From NCBI GenBank assembly GCA_004764695.1, contig SMSO01000031.1, positions 4,254,436 to 4,318,435 on the forward strand: a DNA stretch of 64,000 nt, written 5' to 3'. The DNA is from Schizochytrium sp. TIO01. Lineage: Eukaryota; Protista; Bigyra: Labyrinthulomycetes. The position numbers and the translations under genes were made by a program. The notes beneath the pieces are model-generated. The model was not told where the DNA came from. It was given only the letters and a program-made list of their open reading frames with translations, and made no database searches. Positions 11,201 through 22,806 of the stretch are shown here, in pieces; the stretch's first letter is position 1, and every line of letters begins with the position of its first letter.

Positions 11201-11851
11201 AAGAAGAGACGGGGCTTAATTCTCACAACAAGCCCTCAGCCACGCTTGCTTCTTGTCGATCCCAATGGTTCGCGTCTCAAAGTCGTAGCATCCCAACAAC
11301 TTGACCCAAGCTGTACATGGGTACATCTTGTTGACGAAAAAACATTTGACATCTCCTTTAAACCAGAGGAAGCTGGTGTCACCGGTACATCAGCAAAAGA
11401 ATGGTCTTTTACAGATATCCTGGGGTGTTCAACACCGTGGGCAAAAGCTATGGCAAGGCCGCAGACTGTTAAGGAGTTGATGAGTACCGGTGGGAGGGCT
11501 ACTCGACTTGCTTCCACAGCACCAATTTTATGGCAAGGCTCACTGAAAAAGTATGCTATCCGCTCGAAGCGAAATCGGCGAGTACGTTGGTTTGTTTTAC
11601 AAATGGATGGGGATGAAGCACAATTGCTGTGGTACAAGACCCAGAGTCAGACAAGCCCTCAGGGTGCACTTTTGATTTCTAAGTCAACCGAGATTTGTGA
11701 CGGTGACTCCCCCTCATCATTTGTGGTTAAGAGTCCAGTTTTGCCAGTTGATGGATTACGGCTTGAAGCGAGTAGCGAAAGAGATGCAAAACGATGGCGA
11801 ACACGTCTCCAGTATGCACAGTCTTGCTCACTTGCTGAGATGTCATTGTAA
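8261..11851 (+). CDS. Unconventional myosin heavy chain: SH3-like N-terminus, motor, Ala/Glu/Lys helix, one IQ, two PH-type domains; 1196 aa
   Basis: P-loop GESGAGKT, EAFGNAxTxRNDNSSRFGK (switch I), LDIFGFE (switch II), FVRCVKPN and QLRHLGVMEAVRI. IQSWWR near 11003. PH signature QGSLKK..RWFVL..LLWYK..LEASSERDAKRW. Confidence 0.97.
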   Translation: MPTMDALSWKNDVDHAGKDSSIIAGAKHVAMEETKDDDKLDTRSPRNSISSMDQVWIWKGDMSGVELLPVVGRTKTSVTVEDDEGEEQILDVAQTFPFNEGHLSDCNDAADMNDLHEPALVGLLQRRFGAERIYTFSGDVLISVNPYKTISNLYTMDNWETHGPHVYAVAKRALDGLPASQAILVNGESGAGKTEATKRILNFLAALSQHTSESLPAKIMTNSNPALEAFGNAVTIRNDNSSRFGKYVKIWFDEAKNLRGISMHQFLLEQSRLISHANGERNYHIFYQLIAGARQYGWSDLQLHAGSQAFSILRCDNVEGLDTRDFEDFEATVTSLKDLGIGAAQINSIWRLLAGLLHLGNVEFVPSKQKEEHATLSESAKKTLAVACSLLGINGADIERVLLQRSIGGKSSVVTIPLSVTEAFQSRNGFIKTVYSRTFAWIVEQTTHHDQEYSDASTPSSIGILDIFGFEVLEQNSLEQLCVNFANEELQRLFNWHVFELEKSRYAAEGISWDVKACCDNQELLAAIRQCFTLLEEQGRLGARASDQNLIAQLDLGDLVKRDRVAASDQFIVKHFAASVTYKISGFLEKNNDALQADLSDFLVANAFVESFLAQQLFPRPDEQAEHELALSTGGRGRRQARKMASINSVSSRFRGQMAKLVEDLQTTQLHFVRCVKPNMHKNMDDWDTGLVVNQLRHLGVMEAVRIRQEGFPVTVSFEDMVENFGMLLSESALHELSMREAAELILSSALGETSKGFGWQVGTNDLVFMTKASQKALQHAKYEDTRRREELARIEREIALMKQIALERQLQQAQAEVEAKALAEAEAKEKARKDAIEAAAAAAVADAEAKAEAEAKAYALAQAEAESKAAAEAEAKAKAAAEAKAKVEAAELLAAEEAKAASEAAKRQENAICIQSWWRMITLKHQMDKILQARGPWQDVLEPNEAALLSSFVVHSSESEIVRRLGLSKFTVLDRFLRSKKRRGLILTTSPQPRLLLVDPNGSRLKVVASQQLDPSCTWVHLVDEKTFDISFKPEEAGVTGTSAKEWSFTDILGCSTPWAKAMARPQTVKELMSTGGRATRLASTAPILWQGSLKKYAIRSKRNRRVRWFVLQMDGDEAQLLWYKTQSQTSPQGALLISKSTEICDGDSPSSFVVKSPVLPVDGLRLEASSERDAKRWRTRLQYAQSCSLAEMSL

Positions 11852-12305
11852 TAGGACATAAAATATACACAACCATTTTATATTATATGCATTTAAAGTC
11901 ATTTACCAACCTCATGCTTATCTGACACCTGATTACCAACGAGGCGATGTAATTCTTACGTCTGCCTATACAACAATTAGTTTTCAGTATTCCCCCTACT
12001 AGAAGTCTCGCTCCTGTGAATATGAAGGAGTGTGCTCGACTACTGAGAAAGTATTCATACCAGGTTGTGGAATCCATTGAAACATGTGCATACTGATTTA
12101 AAGGTCATTGTCTAGGTTTGGTCTGGCCTTTAACAAAAGAAGCAAAACTTGCATTGTTGGAAAGATTTTCTTACAAGGAGTCAAAAAGATATGTATAGTG
12201 GTAAAGAAGGATCTATGTATATATATCTAACTAGAGATTGCAAAAAGGCAGCGTCAGCCTACCGGGCAATAACAAACAATAGCAGCTAAGAAAGTAATTG
12301 ACAGG

Positions 12306-13553
12306 TTATGCGCGGACTTGCTGCGCAGGGAGTGGGGATGCCTTGGCGAAGCGCTTATAGGCGCGGAATGCCCGCTGGATTTGGGGAAGCGAGAGCTCCT
12401 CGGAGAGTTCTTCGGAGTCCTGGCTGTTGACGGCTTTGTGAAGAAAGCCGAGTACTTTGGAAACAGATTTTGGGTCAAGCTCGGTTGCCTGAGCAACAAG
12501 ATCGGCAGTGGTCTTTGGCACAGCATCGCGGTTTTCGGATACAGTGTTTTCGGACTCGCGCTGGTCCTGGTTTTGCGCAGCCATGAGTTCACGGTAAATG
12601 AGGTCAGCCTCTTCACCGAGCTCAAAGTCACCGAGGATCTCCAGGTCAGCCTCGCCCTCTTCAGTCGCGGTTTCCTCAAGATCAAGAGGTTCAATGTTGG
12701 AGCAGAGCTCTCCGAACGAGGCCGCCCGGGACAGGGGTACTGCTGGCTCGGTCTCCATTTTGTTGCTGTTGTTGATGGGAGCGTTTTCACTGTCATTGAT
12801 ACTCCGCGGTGTTGAAGAGGTGTGGTTCTCCTTGGGTGAAGGAGTCACAGGTTGTGTTATTGCCACAGGTGCGGAATTGTTCTGGGCGGGCGTGGGGGAA
12901 TTTGTAGCACTTGTGGCAGATGAAGCCGGGGAGGCCTGTTGACCAGAAGCAGCAGGTGCAGGAGAGCGCTGCGTGATTTTGGTGGCCTCGGTATCAGGTG
13001 CTCCTGCGGTGCCCTGGATGATGCGGGAGCGCTTTCTTGAGGCTCCGCCGGCCTTGGCGGCTACCTTGACGGACTCCTTGCCGTCGACAGAGGAGGTAGC
13101 TCCTCGAGTGATGGATACAATTCCAGCGTCGTCAAGCACATTGAGAACGCTGTCGAGCTGAGTGCGGAGGTCCTCAACGACCCCCTGCAAGTGGGCCACC
13201 TGGGACTTGAGCTGTTGAACTTCGACCTGTGTAGCGGTCATCTGGGCATCTGCGCGGGACTTGCGCCTGATGTCTGAGAGTAGCTCAGGCCTGTCGCGGC
13301 GGAAGTTTGGGTGAGTAAAGCTCCATGCACCAGTCTGGGTCTCGAGTTTGCGGAATCCGTAAAAGTGAAGTTGGCGCACAAATGTCTGGAGGCTACCCTT
13401 GTAGAACTTCTTGAGGGCTTGTTCGAACTTGTCTGAGTCCTTCACGACGTACGCATCACCATCTTCAGTCCAGGTGGAGACGTCCTCAGGAATAGTTTCT
13501 GCAATTTTCTTGAGCTTCTGCAAGAATGGTGGCAAGACAGTTACTGCCGCCAT
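12306..13553 (-). CDS. HSF: Heat shock factor (HSF)-type transcription factor, 415 aa from the first ATG
   Basis: HSF DNA-binding domain PPFLQKL..WTEDGDAYVVKD..FVRQLHFYGFRK..FTHPNFRRDRPELLSDIRRK, followed by a heptad coil (VQQLKSQVAHLQGVVEDLRTQLDSVL) and a basic RKRSR NLS. ATG at 13553; the true start may lie further upstream. Confidence 0.95.
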   Translation of the reverse strand: MAAVTVLPPFLQKLKKIAETIPEDVSTWTEDGDAYVVKDSDKFEQALKKFYKGSLQTFVRQLHFYGFRKLETQTGAWSFTHPNFRRDRPELLSDIRRKSRADAQMTATQVEVQQLKSQVAHLQGVVEDLRTQLDSVLNVLDDAGIVSITRGATSSVDGKESVKVAAKAGGASRKRSRIIQGTAGAPDTEATKITQRSPAPAASGQQASPASSATSATNSPTPAQNNSAPVAITQPVTPSPKENHTSSTPRSINDSENAPINNSNKMETEPAVPLSRAASFGELCSNIEPLDLEETATEEGEADLEILGDFELGEEADLIYRELMAAQNQDQRESENTVSENRDAVPKTTADLVAQATELDPKSVSKVLGFLHKAVNSQDSEELSEELSLPQIQRAFRAYKRFAKASPLPAQQVRA

Positions 13554-15723
13554 ATTGCCTTTTCTGTGGTGGGTGTTCTGGTGCTGCGGGCGAGCCTGTT
13601 GTTGCTCCTCGGGCTGCAAGTCCGCGAAGCTGTTATCGTCCAGCTCCTCGTCCCCTTCCCAGTCGACGAGCTCGTCTTCTTCGAGCAGCTGTCGCTGTCT
13701 CTTGCTGTTCTTCTTGTGCAGCTGTTCAAGCTGCTTCTGCTTGGAAACCTTGGAGTTCGTTTTCGCTATAGGTGCGACTCTGTTACACTCGCCGCTGAGT
13801 TGCGACGATTTCTTGTAAAAGAGAGGGCTAGCTAGCTTTCTCGCTACCTAGCAAGCTTGTTGTTCACTTGGATCCAGAACTGCGGCTGACCGTCGACTTC
13901 AAACGGTCCGTATCTCCTGCAGAAGCACAAGCTTTTACAAGAGCTGCTCAAGCTTCAAAAAACCCAACAACAAAAGAAACAAGAGAAACGAGAAGAAGAT
14001 ATCCGTCACTCGCGCTCCACAAGTCCGACGAGGCGATAAATGAATAGATAGATAATAACAGCGATCTCAACAGCCAGAGATCGAAAGGGCCTGGATACTA
14101 AAAGTAGTCAACGGACGACGATAAGCCTCTCCTCGAGGTCCTCGTTGCCGCTTCTTTTCCCGTTTAGTTAGCTTAGCTGCCTAGCTGGCTTGCTGCGTGC
14201 CTCGCTTCTGGTGGCGTCCTCCTCTGGTCGTGCCGTGCTAATTAATCAATCGGCTGGGCGCTGTTGTCTGTCTGTCTGCCTGCCTGCCTGCCTCTGTGTC
14301 GTCTGTATGTCTGGCTGACTCTGGCGATCGATGTGATTCAGGTTTACACAGACAGAGGGCGGAAACCTTTGGAGAGAGGGGGAGAAAGCGAGACAGAGAG
14401 AAAGAGAGAAAGAGAGGGAAAACTAAACTAACAGAGAAAGAGAAAGAAAGAAAGAAAGAGAGAGAAAAGGAAAAAGGACAGTCAGTCAATCAGCCGCAAG
14501 ATCCTTCTCGCGAGGGAGGAACCGTTAGCGGCGCTGAGGCTCTTGCTGGCGGCGGGGCGCCGGCGGCTGCTGCGGAGCGGGGAGAGGGCTCGTGTGGCCG
14601 GCGATCGCCGCTGGGCGCAGGAGTGCAGGCCTCGCGAGGGCCCAAGGCGAGAGCGAGCGGGATCCAAGGCGAGAGCGAGGGCGGGCTATCTGTCTGTCTG
14701 TCTTTCTTTCTTTTTTTTTTTTTGATTTTTTTTTAAATCAAAAATTATTTGATGTACTTTTATTCTCTTTTTATGCTCAGAAAAAGAACTAAAAATTAAG
14801 TTTGAACTTTTTGGAGGGATATTCTATTTCATGTAATCTAATTTTAAAAACATCTTTTCGTAAGATTGGGAGATGATTCTCCGATACTTTGTTTATTTTC
14901 TCGAGTTTTCTTTCAATTCTTCGTGTTCTGACCGTCTGTCTTCTGTCTGTCAGATTGATCCAAACGAAGACGATCCAAGCAAAGCCTTCTGCTCCTCGAA
15001 AGGGCTGTTCGCCAAGGTCTACAAAACTAGAGAGTTTCCTTCCTCGCAGATAACTTGAGAGCTTTCAGAGGCTTCCAAGGTCCAAAATGCAGGCCAACTT
15101 CCTTCAGAGAGTGCCTTCTACTCTCTTCTTCCAGACGCCTTCTACACTCACTCTCCCTGAGTTTGCGATGCTTTTGTATATATATAATAAGAGCGTTTTA
15201 ATCTCATTTTCATTTATTCGCATTCATTAATTATAAAATGTTTCTATTTTTATTTTTAATATTTAATATTTATTTACAAATAATAATAATAAAAAACTCA
15301 ACTAAAAAGAAGTCAATGATTTTCCAACTGATTCTTTCTGTATATGGCAGCGCGCTCTGTTTTCGATTTTCAGAGCTCCAATAACAAGGGCGCGCACGTT
15401 TTCTGTCTTTCTTCCTTCCTTCCGTCATCCTTTCTTTCTTCTTTTCGTATCCATATGCATCATCTGTCCTTTGGAGACTTGATTTTCATCTTGGTTTTAT
15501 TTATTATGCAAGCAAGCATGCAAGAAGGCGCACATTTCCAGTACCGGAGAAACTGCTGGCCCGGATAAATCAGTAAATCAGGGTCTCCCCACGGCTCCCT
15601 TATGCTCAAGCTGGCCAGCTTCTCCGCCCCTCTCAGCGCAGCCCCGCAGCGCTCTCACACGCGCGCAGCCCCCCTCTCAGGTCGGTTTCTCCGCCACTGC
15701 GCAGGGTGGGCTCGTCTCCAGAG

Positions 15724-15755
<32 letters not shown>

Positions 15756-16122
15756 CGCGCTTGTGCATCGCTTCTTCTTTCTGCTGATCCTTTACTTTTT
15801 AAAAAGTTTAGCTTTAACTTGTTCTCGTTGTTCCTGCTTTTGTGTTCACTGGTTTCTTCTTCGATCCTTCATTTCTGAAGAAAACAACGACAGAGCCTGT
15901 GCAAAGAAAGCAGAGGAGAGAGCGCGGGTGGGTTTCCCCTCTCAGCTCGAACACAGCCCCCCTTTTAAATAAGCCAGCCATGATCTGAGGTGACCGACGA
16001 CTCGGGTCATCGCACAGCGCATTTCCCCGACATGAATCGACCAGTTCATTTGATTGATAGGCAGAGAAAAGATGAGCTTCTTGAAAATAAATGCAACAAA
16101 GATCAAGGCCCAACTTGAAGTG

Positions 16123-16202
<80 letters not shown>
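16123..16202. repeat. (AGAT)20 microsatellite
   Basis: Perfect 80-bp tetranucleotide run. Confidence 0.95.
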
Positions 16203-19200
16203 GCCCAAGTGCCTGACAGAGCGCCCATGTACGAATGTATGTATGTACTTACTCATGGCGATGCCATCGCGGCGGAAGAGCGCAATCAATCGCTCGCTTT
16301 GCAAGATCCTGTTGAGCAAGTTGATACACACAATCGCTCCCTTTTGATACACAGGTTTGGAGGTGTGTTCGCTCTTTTATCTTTCAGAGTTTGTTGTTTA
16401 CAACAGCAATAATAATATTAACAACCAGAGCCATAGCACAAGACAGTCATAATTATGTTTCGAAAAGTGGTATTTTGAAGAATAATCAATTTTTCAATCA
16501 AAAAGAAGACACAGAGCAGAAAAGACTCTGAAAAGCCTCAGCTCTCGACCTTTCTTCCCTCCTTCTTCTCCAATGAGCGACGTCCTTTCTCCTGTTTCTT
16601 CTGGAAGAGGGCCTTCCTTCCGGTGGCTCTCTCTCCCTCAGCTCAGTATCGGCGTGCCTCTCTACTGCCAAGTAGGTGGGCCTAGCCGAACAGAGAGAGC
16701 AGCAAACCGATTGATGACAGCGGGGAACAAAGAGGATGGGAAAAAAACAGCCTCTCGCAATAATTGCGGTGCGGAGCGATGCGAAGCTGCATTTCTTTGT
16801 TTTGATGGCACTCCCTCTCCCTCTTCTGTGCAGACTGCAAAAGAGGCCGCTCCACTCGCTCACTCTTCGAAAGCCTGAGCGGCTACGCTGATGATCTTGA
16901 TGGGCACAAACCCGAAGAAGAAGCCAAACAGACAACAGACAAACAAACAAACAGACGCGCTGTCATTTTCATTAACATATGTTGATTGAAAGAATAAAAC
17001 TATCTATCTATCTATTTTGTTTGTTGTTGTTGTCATTGATCTTTTAATGATAAAAATGAACGAAGAGAAGGTGAAGGAGCGTTGAGATCGCCAGCAGCTG
17101 CAACAGAGAGAGGCCTAAGGAGGAGTTAAGTGTGCAGCCTCAACCTGCTTCTGGCGACTTTGGAGGAGTTGTGGTGTTTTATGCGCATAAAACGGCAGAT
17201 AAGTCACAGATGAAAAGGAAGCCGCAAACATCGGCGTGGCAGTATTGCATTATTATCTTTTCTTTTCTTTTAATTCTTTTTTTTTTTTAAATTTTTATAA
17301 AATAAAATCTTTTAAATATTAATTTAAATGTTTTCTAGTTTTTAGTTTAGTGTTCTTGCGATTTCCCCGAAGGAAGCCGCCTTGTTCGCCGTCGGCCTCG
17401 GCGAAACTCTGCGGAACGCGAGGCAGCGAGTCGCCGATCGATTCTTCATTCGTTGAAAAACCCATTCACTCAGCTCCTACTCAGTCTCAGCTCTTCGAGC
17501 TAGCCAGTAGTCCTAACTGAATTGGCACTATGTCAATTCAATTCAATAATTCAATTCAATCACAATTCATCGATGTGTACCGCATCGCGATCGGAAGATT
17601 TTCAAATGGTCTTCATTTTAAAAATTAAGATGAAAAAAAGAAAGAAAAGAAAAAAAAGAGCTAATAAAAGGCGCAAAGCCCATGTGCCTAGCTAGCACCA
17701 CCACTACCACTCCTCCTAGCACCTCGTCAGCACTGAGAGCGGAGGCTCCATCATCGTTCTATCCGCGCTCAGCTCGAGAACGTCGAGAACGTCGAGAACG
17801 TCGAGGAGAGAAGAGAAGCAGCCAAAAGCCGCCTTCGCTTCTGCTGCTCTCGCGATTTGTGAGGACAGAACGGTCGCTGGTGTGGGCCTGGTAAGAGCGG
17901 AGGCCTCTCGTGAGATCCCCATTGCGCCGGCCAGACTGGTTTCTCTCCACTCCAGCCTGCTGTGTTTGACCATGGATAGATAGAACAGGCAAGAGCGAGC
18001 ATTCATCACCAGTAAGTATCCTGGCGGCGCAGGCGTTCTTTCCGCGTTCTCTCGGCGCGCCTTCCTTCTGCTTCGCAAAGGAAGGACTTGGAAAAAGAAC
18101 AACTAGCTCCAGATCTTCCTATCTTCCCTTCGAGGCAGGCAAACCAAACCGTCCCCTCAGCAGGCCCCTCTGGGAGGGGACGCCTAAACGCCCTTGCCTC
18201 CCCTGCATACACTGGCGTTTACGCCCCCCTCGAGGCGGTCGCTTTTCATCAGTGCAGGCCCCTCTCACGCGGCCCCTTCGAATACGGCGCCGCAGAGAGG
18301 GCGCCCACTGGCAAGAGCTCAGGTGTCTGAGGGGGCCCCGCCCTCCCATGGCCACTATGCGGCGCAGTCTGCCGCAGGAAGGCGCGGCAATAAGAGCAGT
18401 AAGTAGCAGGCGCAGGGAGAGGGCCTAATCTTTAACCGCCGCAAACGTGCCGCGTGCCCCCCTTGGCCACCTGGAAGCGTAGCCGGAGAGTTTACGCTGT
18501 CGCGCCAGGCGCGCCTGCTTGCGCCGATGATGCGGCCTCATTTCTGCCTAGCCCACAGAGGGGCTCCAGACTGCCCGCCTCGGGGGTCACGGTGGGCCTT
18601 TCTTGAGATTCATTAAGTCTGCCGGTGCCGCAGCCGCCGCTCCTCTCGGAGTAATCGCGCAGTCTTTGCGATGATGAGCTTTGATAGATACTAGTAAATG
18701 AAAAACCTTATCTTCACATTAAAAAAACAGATAAATAAATACAATTGAATAAATAAGTGAAAAAGGTTATTAGGCTCAAGTTGGTTTTCGTTATTTATTT
18801 GAATGAAAAACATGGAAAAGTAGAGTGAAAAAAGAAAAAGAAGGAATGCAGCTATTGAAAAGGGATCAAATGCAATGCAGGAGATAGTTTTGCCGACGAT
18901 GTCCTAAGGCGAGTACGCTAAGCACGCTGTCTTTAGCGCCCCGCTGTTTTAAGTTTTCGAACTGCCGCGCCTTCCTCCGCTTACCCCTTCTTTTCACGAG
19001 CTACGATCATCCATATGCATCTGCCACGCGAAAACGTCTCCAATCTTTTAATCTTTTGTTTCTAACTTTATAAAAGCAGCTTCTTTTTCTCCTCTTCAAA
19101 GAAACAAATTAAAGAAAAAGTTAGCTTTTGACTTTATTCTGCGATATGTTTAAAGTATTATCAATAACAATAGTAATTAACAATGATAATTATCAAGAGC

Positions 19201-19661
19201 AGCGGTAAAAAAGATGCCTCGAATGGCGAGGATGGTTTTCCCGAGCGCTGTTATGATACGAAAGAAGGCCACCAGGCCCGTTCTCTGACGCGATCCTGAG
19301 GCGTATTCTCGAGATTGGCTTCGGCAGGAGGGTCTCTCTGTGTCTGGGAGTCGTTTGAGTCGAAGGGTGCGCGGCCTCTTTTCTGCTCACGCTGGATTGA
19401 TTGATTGATTGATTGATTGGCACCAGAAACCGATCAGCCACGGCGGAGGAACTATATTTGGGTAGGTAGGTAGGTAGGTATGTATCCATCTATCCATCCT
19501 CCTGCAAAGGTCCCCGGAGACCGCTGATCTGTTCTTTCGAAAAAGAAGATTGTTGGGCAAAACTTGAAGCTCAAAGCCAAAGCTCTTGCGTGCGAGTCCA
19601 CTCACGTTACACGCGGAGTGCTTCGAAAGCGCTCCTGGCGCAAAGAGGCAATGGATCTATG

Positions 19662-19825
19662 ATGAATCAATGAATAATTGAATGAATGAAGAATTGAATA
19701 ATTGAATAATTGAATAATTCAATGAATAATTCAATAATTCAATGAACAATTGAATAATCGAATGAACAATTGAATCATTGAATGAATGATTAAATGGATG
19801 AATGAATGAATGAATGGATGGATGA
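19662..19825. repeat. Compound (TGAA/TGAATAAT/TCAA)n repeat
   Basis: Direct reading of degenerate 4- and 8-bp units. Confidence 0.85.
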
Positions 19826-20586
19826 GCTGGTCTAGCTATCCAAGCGCTTGGAGCACTCGTCAGCCACAGCAGACCGTGTCATTTGGTCGGCAAACTCTTC
19901 GCTTGAGTTGACCAAGGCACCTCATCTTTATGCATATGTAACGTAACATTCATAGACAGATAGATACACACCACACATACCAGATAGTTTGAGATAACAG
20001 GTATCCCCGCGGCACCTTCACGGACTATGCTGGGCCTGGAACACACAGAACATCTGCTACTGTTCCCCTTGAGGCACTCCTACCAGGGTGGGACGAAGTG
20101 GAGGGGTCGCGTTCTCTATGTACAGCGCGGCCCTGTCTCTTCTGGGTCGCGAGATTGACCTCCCTTTGCACAATCCCAACGTGCGGTCGCCGCCATCGCC
20201 ACGCACTCACGATGCTGCGCAGGCGCCACCCGTTGCGCCGCAGCCCTAACGCTGCTGGGCGTGCGTGCGTGCGTGCATGCACGCGTGAAGAGCCACGCCT
20301 GGCCTGCCCTCCGTTCGCTTCTCCAGTCGCGAAGCTTTCTATCCCTCCCTCAATCGCGGCCGCTGTTCTCAACGGCCAGGCCGAGCAAACTGAGGTATCA
20401 ATCAGTCTATCACGAAATCATTAGTCAATCTATCAGTCAATCTATCAATCTATGTACATATTTGGTGCTTATTTATGTATCTATCTCTCTCTCTGTGTCT
20501 GAGAAGACATCCATGTGAAGAGACAGAGAGGCGGGAGAGACTGCGCCTCTCTGTCCATCCATATCTGCGGCACGTATTTATTATCT

Positions 20587-20591
20587 CTGAC

Positions 20592-20627
<36 letters not shown>

Positions 20628-20821
20628 CGATTGATTGACTGATTGATTGATCGACTGATTTTAAAAAATGCAGACGCCCGCAGGGTTTTATGAGAGCAGA
20701 ATGGCTGAAGAGGCGCACAGTGGAGGGACTGGAGGCAGGAAACGAGGCTAGAGCCCCTGATTGGTGAGTGAGTAAGCGAGTGAGTGAGTGGTGAGTGAGT
20801 GAGTGAGTGAGTGAGTGAGTG
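20587..20821. repeat. (GATT)n and (GTGA)n microsatellite cluster
   Basis: GATT run at about 20590-20660; GTGA run at about 20765-20820. Confidence 0.85.
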
Positions 20822-22526
20822 CTGGCTGCCACGAACTAACTGCATGCAGCAAGCAAGCCAAGCTGCAGGAGCCCGACCACAGGAAAGAGCAGTGTCTCGA
20901 ACACCTTTCGTGGAGCAAAGAAGAGCAATATGGCGGTCGGCACAACTTCTTCAATTTATATATATATATATTTTTTTTTTTTTTTTAAATTAATCAATCT
21001 AGTTTTTTGTTGATTTGTTAGGTGTTATTTTTTAAAATTATTTTTGAAACGCTTTTTAATAAAAGTATTGACCTTTACTGTGATGGTTGTATTTTAATTT
21101 TAAAAGTTCTATTTTACAATTTAAAATGTATTTAGTTTTAATAATAATAAAAATCATCGGAAAAAATATTTACAGAAAAGCAAGCATATGAAAGAAGGTG
21201 GAAGTGAGTGCCGGAAATAAGAGAAAGAAGATAGAAATCTTCAATCGATTGGGCCTCTGATAATCATGGCTCGGTGTGAACCCTCAACGCAGGATAGCGC
21301 ATACATGGTGGTGAGTATCTTCAAGCTCAAGTTCAACTTGAACTAGTCGTTGAGGAAGAAATGTCACGCAGATTAAGTAAGCCGCCTTTGGCAATCTCCA
21401 TCTTCTTTGTCAAGCTGCTTGACTGATAGCGATGGACCGCACGTTTCTCTTCTTGCCCCCCTCCCCGTTGAAGCTCGAAGACTCCGGCAGTGAGTGTCTG
21501 TCTGATGAGACATCTAGGGCAACGAAACGGAATTTGATGAAGATTGAGTGAGCTGGTTTTACTCATTAATTTCTCAAAAAGTGCAGCTGATCGATCCTAA
21601 TCACGATGATGGTGATCACGATCACAACTTAACCCGAGGAGCTGAAGTTGACGATTTTAATGCCGTGAGCGAGTGCCTTCGACAATAGTGCTACCTGCAC
21701 CAGCCAGCACTCTGGCGCAGGAATTTTTGAGCCCCAAGCTGGTTGGAAGCCTCCCTCCTCGTCTTCTTTACCTGCCTCCAAAATAGAGCGAACGTTCAAG
21801 AGGAACAACAAGAACAACGAGAAAGAAGTGATGATCCCAGCCTTCTGGGCGGAGGCGTCCCGCCCAAGCCTGCACGTCTGCAAGCTCGCTCCTATCCACA
21901 AGGTAGCCAGCTAGCCAGTCAGTCAGACAGCCAGCTAGCCAACCAACCAACCAGCAAGCCTGCCCGCCCGCCCGCCAGCCCGCCTTCCTTCCTTCAGGTT
22001 GAATATCCAGCTTGGTTTCGTATTCTGTCTGTCAGGCTCGAGTGCAGTTGCTGGTGTTCAAAGATTTGACCAGTACCTAGTTAGCTAGTCGTTCTTTCGG
22101 TCTCGGGATGCTAGCTCGCTGCTGCTATCATTGTTCTTCTTTTGTCGCTGCTGTCACCGGCCTATGGAGACCGGATAATGACGGTGCGGAACACCTGTCG
22201 TTCATGAATCGTGCGGTCCTGCGCCCATCCATTTGTATCTTTTCCAATCCCAATAACGAGGCCCACATGCTCGTTCTCCAAGTGCAAGCTAGCACTTACG
22301 CAAAGGTGCCATCCTCCTCGACAGCCTCGCTCTGCTTCAGCCAGCACCTTGGGCCTGAGGGCGGGCAGGCAGGCGTGGAGCCCACTCACGAGACACAAAC
22401 AAACGCGCGCACACAGGTAGATTTCTGCCGCTGATGCCTTTTTGTAATCAAGAATGGTTTCAACTCAGATGGCCTCCATCCTGCCTGGCTGTCTGGAAGC
22501 TCCGGGGTGGCCAGCCAGCCCGCCAG

Positions 22527-22564
<38 letters not shown>

Positions 22565-22701
22565 CCTCGCCTCTTCTTCTCCCAGGCCATGCGGGCGGCT
22601 CGCGAGCACGCAGGAGCGACCGGCTGGATGCGCCCCGCGTCTTCGCCCCTCCTGCTGCTGCAGCAGCTTAGGTGTCTGGCGCCAGCTCATTCATTTGGCC
22701 T

Positions 22702-22806
22702 CTCAATTTCAAATTTCAAGATACCGCCCAATTTCAAATTTCAAGATACCGCTCAATTTCAAATTTCAAATTCCAAAACACCACTCAATTTCAAATTTCA
22801 AAAATA
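22702..22806. repeat. ~25-bp minisatellite (CAATTTCAAATTTCAAGATACCGCY), about 4 copies, degenerate at the 3' end
   Basis: Two near-identical 25-mers followed by two diverged copies. Confidence 0.85.

Noticed and set aside
17176-17193. 18-bp perfect palindrome GTTTTATGCGCATAAAAC
   Set aside because: About 0.25 such palindromes are expected by chance in 64 kb, and it occurs once.
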